A stretch of 32,000 nucleotides of DNA from Candidatus Methanophagaceae archaeon. GTDB taxonomy: Archaea; Halobacteriota; Syntropharchaeia; Alkanophagales; Methanospirareceae. Position numbers and translations under genes: made by a program. Shown here piece after piece: positions 8,313-14,859 of the stretch (the first letter of the stretch is position 1; the number at the start of each line of letters is the position of its first letter). The notes under the pieces were generated by a model, which saw nothing but the letters and a program-made list of their open reading frames with translations, was not told the origin of the DNA and made no database searches. The stretch spans positions 1,112,728 to 1,144,727 of the forward strand of contig PQXB01000001.1 of assembly GCA_003194425.1 (NCBI GenBank), in the 5' to 3' direction.

Positions 8313-8804
8313 TTATTTTTCGTTCCCCTCGTTCCCCAATTCCCAAATCACGACCTGTGCAGCACTCGCTAACACCCCTCCTCTTTCGTCCACCACCCGC
8401 ACGACAACCTTCACTGCGTCCCCCTTTTTCGGCTCCCTGCCCCGGTCAAAACCGAGCACAAAGTCGTAAGTCCCACTCCCCTTGAACTTCTCTGTCGCCC
8501 AGTAACTAACGCCCCCTGCTCCCGAATTAATTATCGCTTTTGCGTCCACGCTTGGAAACCCCGCGGAACTGCCTTTTGGACTTTCTAACGGGCTGACCGT
8601 GTCCTGTTCTACGCTAACGATTTCAACTGCCACTCCGCTCTCTCCTCCCTGTCCTGCTTCTCCCCCGTCAGTCGAGGAAACCTCTACCTTTGCCTGTAAT
8701 TTTACGACCGGGACCTCTTCCAAACTTACGCAGCCACTCGCGAAAATCAGACCAAAAACTGCAGCCGTAACACCGAGAAACGCAAAAATATTTTTATTTT
8801 TCAT
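8313..8804 (-). CDS. Putative lipoprotein of unknown function
   Basis: MKNKNIFAFLGVTAAVFGLIFASGC is a signal peptide plus lipobox. Beta-rich C-terminus. Its stop lies 3 nt from the ccmF start. Alternative in-frame starts at 8816 and 8858; the 8858 ATG overlaps the upstream cytochrome stop as ATGA. Confidence 0.6.
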   Translation of the reverse strand: MKNKNIFAFLGVTAAVFGLIFASGCVSLEEVPVVKLQAKVEVSSTDGGEAGQGGESGVAVEIVSVEQDTVSPLESPKGSSAGFPSVDAKAIINSGAGGVSYWATEKFKGSGTYDFVLGFDRGREPKKGDAVKVVVRVVDERGGVLASAAQVVIWELGNEGNEK

Positions 8805-8816
8805 CCGCTCTCTCAT

Positions 8817-8852
8817 TCTCCTTCCCCCGCTCCTTCTCCTTCCCCCGCTCCT
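8817..8852. repeat. 18-nt x2 tandem repeat (tctccttcccccgctcct)
   Basis: Lies between the cytochrome stop and the lipoprotein signal peptide. It would encode RRSGGR x2 if the 8858 start is used. Confidence 0.85.
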
Positions 8853-8854
8853 TC

Positions 8855-9754
8855 TCATTCTCCTTCCCCTTCCCCTTCCACTTCTACTTCCCCTTCTCCC
8901 TCTCCCTTGCCCGTCAAAATGCAAGCCTTCAGCGACTTCAAAATGTTCAAAATCGTGGGATATTTCTCCTCCTCTTCCCGCCCAACCCTCGCAGGCACAA
9001 GCACACCTTCTTTCATTTTGTAGCCTTCCTCTTTGTATTTTAGCCCAAACGAGCCGTGGCAGGCGACGCACAAACTCCCTATCTTGTCGCCGTGAATTGA
9101 GTGAGCGTCTCCGAGGTGGCAGGAGTTGCAGTTGGCTGTCTTCGGAATTGTTGGCTTCTTCTCTTTCTCTCCGCCGTGGCACGCCTGGCATTTCACACTC
9201 AAATGGACACGGTGGATTTCGTCGCACGGAATCTCCGCTCCCGCTCCTGCACTCTCGTCGGCAGTCCCGGCAGTCCCGGCAGCCCCGGCTACTGTCCCAC
9301 TTCCGATGTGACAGTCAACGCAGGTCTTCTCGCCGTGTGCAAGCCTTCTGATTTTTTCTCTGTCCACCGCCCCTCCTGTAGTGTAGTCTTTGTCGTGGCA
9401 CTTGCAAGACCCGAGTTTTGACTGCAACGCCTTCTCTGAGAGGAGCGAGACGTGGCACTGCCCGCATTCAGGCACAGGGTGCCACGAGCCGATAAAATTT
9501 TTTGAATTTGGCGGAATTACCTCTTGCACTCCCTCGTTTGCGGTCTCGCCTTTCTCTGTTTCTGCCCCTGCTCCTGCTCCTGCCCCTGCTCCTGCTCCTG
9601 CTCCTGCCCCTGCTCCTGCCCCTGCTCCTACCCCCGTTCCTGCACCTGTTTCTCCTGCACCTGTACCCGTGCTAGTACAGGCACAGAGGGACGCGGCGGC
9701 TGCTGCTGCGACGACTACAGCCGTGACGAAGAACGCAAGGATTTTGATTTTCAT
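8855..9754 (-). CDS. Multihaem cytochrome c, lipobox-bearing, with Gly/Ala tether
   Basis: The listed ORF was trimmed to the ATG at 9754 (MKIKILAFFVTAVVVAAAAAASLCAC). Five CXXCH motifs (CGQCH, CVDCH, CQACH, CNSCH, CVACH) plus one CKCH. Poly-GA linker and (GE)n tail. Confidence 0.8.
   Translation of the reverse strand: MKIKILAFFVTAVVVAAAAAASLCACTSTGTGAGETGAGTGVGAGAGAGAGAGAGAGAGAGAGAETEKGETANEGVQEVIPPNSKNFIGSWHPVPECGQCHVSLLSEKALQSKLGSCKCHDKDYTTGGAVDREKIRRLAHGEKTCVDCHIGSGTVAGAAGTAGTADESAGAGAEIPCDEIHRVHLSVKCQACHGGEKEKKPTIPKTANCNSCHLGDAHSIHGDKIGSLCVACHGSFGLKYKEEGYKMKEGVLVPARVGREEEEKYPTILNILKSLKACILTGKGEGEGEVEVEGEGEGE
9564..9629. repeat. Hexanucleotide repeat (tgctcc/tgcccc) encoding poly(Gly-Ala)
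   Basis: Read directly. In frame in the cytochrome linker. Confidence 0.9.
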
Positions 9755-9885
9755 CAGTTCATCTATTTGACGGATTAAATAAATAAAAATAAATAAAAAA
9801 ACCGATAATCTTAAATGGTCTCGGACGAGAGGATAAACAAAACAAGCGAGTAAGATTAAAAGGGATGAAATAAAGGAGTGAAAAG

Positions 9886-11259
9886 ATGAAGGGACTGGGA
9901 AGAGGCGTGTTAGTGGTCTTAACGCTGTTAGTGTTTTTCTTCTTTTCCGCTGCTGCCACACCCTCTCCCAGTGCCACTCTCTCTCCCACTGCTGCCACTC
10001 CCACTGCCACTGCTGCCACACCCTCTCCCACTGCTACTGCTACTGTTACGGGAACGATGCCGAAAGCGGTGGTTGTCTCTGATGTTCGGGGCTTGAACGA
10101 CTACGAAGTTGGGGAGAACTGTTTCACCCACGGAAACACGCTCAAAGTCTACACCGAACTGCAAGGAGTGAATTACGACGGTTTCGTTGTTGTGGATTTC
10201 TTCTTTATCATCGAAGACCCGCTTGGAAATGTCGTCGGGTTAGACCACGAGGAAGTAAGTCGCAGGAATTACGACCGCAACGTCTTTGTGGTCTACACAA
10301 AAACAATTCCTTCGTGGTGGAAGTACGGCAGGTACAAACTTCATATTTACGCCTACGACTGCTTGGACAAGGCGAAGATAAACGATTTAGAGCAGAGTCT
10401 GCTGGCTACTGTAGGTGTGTCAAAGTTGTTTGACGACGAGGATTATTTTGAAGACTTGGAAGACCTTTTTGGGGACGTCTGCGGAGGCGACAGGGACGAC
10501 CTTGAGGACTTGGACGTGATAAAAAAGTTCTCAAACTCGGTAGAAGAAATAACAACCCTAGAGTTCTTCGTGCGCAGCGAGGAGGAGCTAAAAGAGGCGA
10601 GTGAGGAGGGGGAAGGGGAAGAGGGAGAAGAAGGTGCAGCGGCGCTGCTGCGGTTCCCAAAAATTGAAGGCACTAATTTTGTGGTGTCTGGTGTGGTGCT
10701 CGACAAATTTAAGGTGCAGCCTGACGAGCCCGTTTCAATCTCGGTTACCGTAAAGAACGCGGGAACGAAGGGAACAGAACGGGTCAGGCTGGAAATAAAC
10801 GGTAAAAAAGAGGCTGAAGAATCTGTTACTTTGGACTACTTGGAATCCCGAACGCTCGTCTTTCAGGTGAAGAAGAGCCTCCCCGGGACCTACAAAACGA
10901 CCATTTCTGGCACCGAAATCGTGAAAATGTTCTTCGTTGAAGAACCGCGAGAATCTGTGAGCCCCCAGCGAGAGAGCGAGGAGGGAAAGGGTCTAACTTC
11001 TGAAACAGAGGGAGAGGAAGGGGGACAGGGAGGAGAGGTGGGGGAGGTGAGAGAGGAGGGAGAGGAGGGAGAGGGAGGAGAAGGAGGAGCTAAAAAGGAA
11101 AAAGTATCTTTTAAAAAATATCTTCTTGTCGGTGCTTTTATTGCAATTCTTGTGGTGGTCTTACTGCTTTTACGGTCACCCAGCATAAATCGGCTGCGTC
11201 TCGTTGCAATTCTCTTAATAATTCTGCCGCTCATTTTCATTCTTTTAAAGCTTGAATAA
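9886..11259 (+). CDS. Secreted, membrane-anchored surface protein with a CARDB-like domain
   Basis: 457 aa, SD aggagtga. Signal peptide, T/P/S/A-rich linker, CARDB-like segment VSISVTVKNAGTKGTERVRLEINGK, acidic GE-rich linker and C-terminal hydrophobic helices. Confidence 0.7.
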   Translation: MKGLGRGVLVVLTLLVFFFFSAAATPSPSATLSPTAATPTATAATPSPTATATVTGTMPKAVVVSDVRGLNDYEVGENCFTHGNTLKVYTELQGVNYDGFVVVDFFFIIEDPLGNVVGLDHEEVSRRNYDRNVFVVYTKTIPSWWKYGRYKLHIYAYDCLDKAKINDLEQSLLATVGVSKLFDDEDYFEDLEDLFGDVCGGDRDDLEDLDVIKKFSNSVEEITTLEFFVRSEEELKEASEEGEGEEGEEGAAALLRFPKIEGTNFVVSGVVLDKFKVQPDEPVSISVTVKNAGTKGTERVRLEINGKKEAEESVTLDYLESRTLVFQVKKSLPGTYKTTISGTEIVKMFFVEEPRESVSPQRESEEGKGLTSETEGEEGGQGGEVGEVREEGEEGEGGEGGAKKEKVSFKKYLLVGAFIAILVVVLLLLRSPSINRLRLVAILLIILPLIFILLKLE

Positions 11260-11273
11260 AAGTAGGTGAAAAT

Positions 11274-12335
11274 ATGAAAACAGGAGAGGGAGAAAAAGAG
11301 AAAGAAAGTAGCGTAAAGATTGTCCCTATCGGAATCAAGGTCGGGTCTCAAAATACCGTGATTACGACAAGCGATTGGACGGAGATTGAGACTACTTGCG
11401 TGAAAGAGCGGTCGAACCTAATAACAGGCGAGACCGAGTATATTGTCGGGAACGAGGCTGCGGAAATGTTCGGCGACGGAGCGGAATATATGTTGCGCGG
11501 TGGTCTTCCGGGCAACGAGGAAGAAGCAGACCTTTTACGGCGGTTCCTCGGTCGGCTCATCGAGAAATATGACTTGCCCGAAAATAGTTATGTAACTTAC
11601 GCAATTCCCGCCGTCGAGAGCGAGGTCGGAATAAACCTCTTCAAAAAAGTCGTCAGCCAAATTTCCATCGGCTGGAGCGGTAAAGAGATTTGGAACGATT
11701 CCTTTCTCGGCGCTTTGGCTCTTCCCGGCGGCATCGAAATCGTAGAAAAGACTTTTCTGGTGATAAACCTGGGCTCAACGACTACCGAAGTAGTCGCTGC
11801 TCGGAAGGGCGAGGTTCTCTTGAGCGCGGTAACAGGGGCGGTAAGCGGCGATTTGGTGGACAGGTGGGTAAAAAATGAAATCCTGAACGAGACGCGGGCA
11901 GCACTCAACATTGACCTCGCAACAGCACGGAAATACAAGGAGAAATACGCAAACCTGAAGTCGTGGGAGAACGTTCAGGAGTCGGTTCAACTCTTCAGGA
12001 AAGGGAAATCCAGCTTCAAGATCAGCGAGTGCATAATTAAGCCGATTGAAGATTATTTAGAGCGGCTCGCCGATTTCGTCTGCCTTGAGTTCCTTCCTGA
12101 ACTCGCAGAAACGAATTTCTCGGTCTACAAGCAGGTTCTTGCGAAGGAGTTCATTTTGGTCGGCGGAATGGTTGAAATTCCTGGACTGCGGGAGAAACTT
12201 GGGACAATTATGAGCAGCCAACTTGGAGCGAATGTCACGATGATTTGCCCCGAGAACCCTGTTGCGGCACCTGCGAAAGGGGCGTACACGCTTTCAAAAT
12301 ACCGGACAACGACAACGCAGGAGCAGGAAAAATGA
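11274..12335 (+). CDS. Actin/MreB/Hsp70-fold (ASKHA) protein, divergent
   Basis: 353 aa, SD aggtga 4 nt upstream. Motifs in order: phosphate-1 IGIKVGSQNT, phosphate-2 LVINLGSTTTEV, SGDLVD, adenosine ILVGGMVEIPGLREKL, connect-2 ENPVAAPAKGA. Confidence 0.7.
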   Translation: MKTGEGEKEKESSVKIVPIGIKVGSQNTVITTSDWTEIETTCVKERSNLITGETEYIVGNEAAEMFGDGAEYMLRGGLPGNEEEADLLRRFLGRLIEKYDLPENSYVTYAIPAVESEVGINLFKKVVSQISIGWSGKEIWNDSFLGALALPGGIEIVEKTFLVINLGSTTTEVVAARKGEVLLSAVTGAVSGDLVDRWVKNEILNETRAALNIDLATARKYKEKYANLKSWENVQESVQLFRKGKSSFKISECIIKPIEDYLERLADFVCLEFLPELAETNFSVYKQVLAKEFILVGGMVEIPGLREKLGTIMSSQLGANVTMICPENPVAAPAKGAYTLSKYRTTTTQEQEK

Positions 12336-12967
12336 GGTGGAACAGGTTAGCAAACATTGAGGAACGGTTGGAGAAATGGGACTCTCTCTTTCAGGAATTG
12401 AGCGTCTTTGCCAACGAGTTTATTCCAAATTTGCAGAGTTCTTACGAGGTTTTGAGCAGAAAAGTAGAAAAATTAGAGCGAGATTTAGTGGCAAGTGCAG
12501 AGGAGAAAAGAGAGTGGCAGGAGCAGGCGGTGGAGCAGGCGGTGGAGCAGTCGGTGGAGCAGGTGCTGGAGCAGGCGCTGGAGCAGGCGCAAGGAGAGAG
12601 GCAAGGGCAGGGGCAGGAAGAGTTACTCAACGAATTTGGCGAACTTAAGGAGAAAACAGCAGGCGAAGTCAGGGCTCTTAAACTGAAACTTGAAGCACTC
12701 GAGAACCAAGTGAGTTTCAAGAACTTGGAGAGAAGTGTGAGAGGTGCGAGCGGTGAAGAAGGAGAAAGAGGCAGCGTAGAAGGGCTGCAGGAGCTGCAGG
12801 AGATTAAAGCAACTCTCGGCGAAGTAAGCGAAATGGTTCAGAAGAACACGGACTCGATTGCAAAACTCGCAGCAGAAGTTCAGAACCTCTCTTCCACCCC
12901 TTCCACTGCAACGAGAAGAGTTGCTGTTCGGAAAGAAGGAAAGGTGAAATCTCCACGAATACTGTGA
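12332..12967 (+). CDS. Coiled-coil protein
   Basis: Its ATG at 12332 overlaps the upstream TGA (ATGA). Heptad-like E/K/L/Q-rich sequence. Contains the (EQAV)-type repeat. Confidence 0.7.
   Translation: MRWNRLANIEERLEKWDSLFQELSVFANEFIPNLQSSYEVLSRKVEKLERDLVASAEEKREWQEQAVEQAVEQSVEQVLEQALEQAQGERQGQGQEELLNEFGELKEKTAGEVRALKLKLEALENQVSFKNLERSVRGASGEEGERGSVEGLQELQEIKATLGEVSEMVQKNTDSIAKLAAEVQNLSSTPSTATRRVAVRKEGKVKSPRIL
12521..12592. repeat. 12-nt x6 tandem repeat (gagcaggcggtg and variants)
   Basis: Encodes EQAVEQAVEQSVEQVLEQALEQAQ in frame. Confidence 0.9.
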
Positions 12968-14487
12968 ACGGAAGAAGCAGCGTAGGGAAATTTGAAGAGT
13001 CCCGAAAACGCTTGTCCGACCTCGTAGAACGGTTTGAAGAACTAAAGCAGGACGGGGGGAGAGGGGATTTCGGTCCTGCACCAGAAGATTTGAGATTAGA
13101 AAATGTGGGCACAAAAATCTCTACTCATTTTCTACTCTTTATTCCTGTTTTTTTTTCAGTCTTGCTTTTCGTGCTACTACTCGGCAAGCACTACTCACAA
13201 CAGTTCTTTTACATTTTGTGGCTCTTGTTTTTGCCGGTCGCGGTGATGTCTTTTGCGGGCTTGTTAAAGGGCTCGTTAGAAGGCGCTGTAACTGTGCCAC
13301 TGGAAATTGCGGCTGCGGAAATGGGCGAGAAAAAAGTCGTCTTCCAAGTAACAACGACTGCTGCGACCTCTGCCTTGTTGGCGGTGGTCGAGAGCGTTCT
13401 GCTGCACGCACCCAAGTATTTGAGCGGGCGGTTCAGAATTGATGTTGTGCTGAAGGAGGGGGGAGAGGGAGAGGAGGAAGAGGGAGTTAAAAAATTGAGA
13501 GAGTTGGAGAGTAGCGGGAAAATAAACCTGCTTCTTCTTCCTGCGAACATTTCTTTAGTCGCTCTGCCGCAGAAATTGCCGATGAAAGTTTCTTGGACGA
13601 GGAGCAGGCTTAAGCACTACGCGGTCTTGAAACGGCGGGAGAAGGGCGAGAACACTGCAGACACTTTTGTCTGCCACTTGAGCGCGGAGACTTTGGTGGG
13701 CGAAGACACGGTTTTGGCGATTAAAGAGTTCGTTTTAGCGAGCAACGGCGAGGGGAAATTGGCTGCAGAGGCAGTGCTGACTTTTCCTTACGCAGGAAAC
13801 CTTCTCACCTTTTTCTGCGACGCACTGAGAACGGCGAACAACCTCTCGGCAAGAGGAGGGGCAGGAGCAGGAGGATTTACGGCACCGTTTCACGGGGCAG
13901 GGCTAGTGGTAAGGAGCGACGTAGAAGAGGAGATTGGGTGGTGGGGCGTTGAGAGTTCGGCAATGTTTGCGTCAGAATTTATAAAAAAATACGGCAGGAA
14001 GAAAAGCGGTTTCCTGCGAGGTAGGGTGTACGTGAAATCTGCAAAGAAGACACGAGAGTTGTTAGAGCAGCGAAGGAGGTGGTTTGTGAGGACGGTTTAC
14101 GAACTAAAGGGCTACGAGAGGAGAATGCGTCTTGAAATATTCGTAAAACTGCTTTCGTGGTTTATTTCGCCTTTTGCTCATCCGCTCGTGCTTCTTGCGG
14201 GTGTGGGGCTGATCAGGCTCTTCGCAGGCGAGACGCTACTTTCAGGGGTAGTGCCCTCAACTCTGCTCTCGCCGTTCGTTGCGTTTTGCTTCGCCGTGTT
14301 AATTTTTTGTTATTTTGTGGGGGTGTTAGAGAATTTAAAAGTGTCTCCGCGTGGGCAGGGGAAGGAGCGGATAAGAGAGTTGGTGAAGATATTTGGGCTG
14401 AGCCCCGTTCTGATTTGCGTTGCGACACTTGTAGAGTCTTTTAGCGTAATTTATGCGTTGTTTAAGCCTGAAGAAATTTTAGAATAA
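12964..14487 (+). CDS. Polytopic membrane protein with a GT2 (processive glycosyltransferase)-like layout
   Basis: Its GTG at 12964 overlaps the upstream TGA (GTGA). Two N-terminal TM helices, a cytoplasmic domain of about 260 aa, QRRRW (nt 14068-14082), then 3-4 C-terminal TM helices. Confidence 0.6.
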   Translation: MNGRSSVGKFEESRKRLSDLVERFEELKQDGGRGDFGPAPEDLRLENVGTKISTHFLLFIPVFFSVLLFVLLLGKHYSQQFFYILWLLFLPVAVMSFAGLLKGSLEGAVTVPLEIAAAEMGEKKVVFQVTTTAATSALLAVVESVLLHAPKYLSGRFRIDVVLKEGGEGEEEEGVKKLRELESSGKINLLLLPANISLVALPQKLPMKVSWTRSRLKHYAVLKRREKGENTADTFVCHLSAETLVGEDTVLAIKEFVLASNGEGKLAAEAVLTFPYAGNLLTFFCDALRTANNLSARGGAGAGGFTAPFHGAGLVVRSDVEEEIGWWGVESSAMFASEFIKKYGRKKSGFLRGRVYVKSAKKTRELLEQRRRWFVRTVYELKGYERRMRLEIFVKLLSWFISPFAHPLVLLAGVGLIRLFAGETLLSGVVPSTLLSPFVAFCFAVLIFCYFVGVLENLKVSPRGQGKERIRELVKIFGLSPVLICVATLVESFSVIYALFKPEEILE

Positions 14488-14491
14488 ACGG

Positions 14492-14518
14492 AGAAGTGTT
14501 AGAAGTGTTAGAAGTGTT
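14492..14518. repeat. 9-nt x3 tandem repeat (agaagtgtt)
   Basis: Read directly, 5 nt after the stop of the GT2-like gene. Confidence 0.9.
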
Positions 14519-14811
14519 ACCTGGAGGGAGCAAAATAAAAGGAAATAGGAATTACAACCGACATTGTGGATTCAACCAAATATTACAGGGGCGTGTCAAA
14601 TTAAGGTAAAGCCGATTCCTGCCACCTTTGCTCGTAAAGAAACATTCAGATACGACTCTTCTTTCGGGATTTGACATTTACAGGAATTTAAGTGCAGGCA
14701 TAAAGTCAGTAAATATTTCTCGCTCAAGTCAGTAGAGTTCTACGAGCTCTGCAGTTCAACACCCAACGCCTCGGGCAGTAAATCCCTCTCCTCCGCCTTT
14801 CCCTTGACTTT

Positions 14812-14859
14812 ACCACGAGCCTGACTCACCACAAGCCTGACACACCACAAGCCTGACTA
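14812..14859. repeat. 16-nt x3 tandem repeat (accacaagcctgacNN)
   Basis: Read directly. The last copy contains the acs stop codon (14857-14859). Confidence 0.85.

Noticed and set aside
8313-8804. Calling the lipoprotein next to ccmF CcmE or CcmH.
   Set aside because: It has no HxxxY or CxxxY haem-binding motif and no CXXC. The only Cys is the lipobox Cys.
8855-10021. The long 5' extension of the cytochrome ORF (MWQQWQWEWQQWEREW...), and similar extensions of ORFs 17893..19245, 21420..22307 and 8313..9227.
   Set aside because: The extensions run through divergent promoter spacers or neighbouring genes and translate to low-complexity sequence. Internal ATGs at 9754, 18936 and 22133 give canonical family N-termini or signal peptides.
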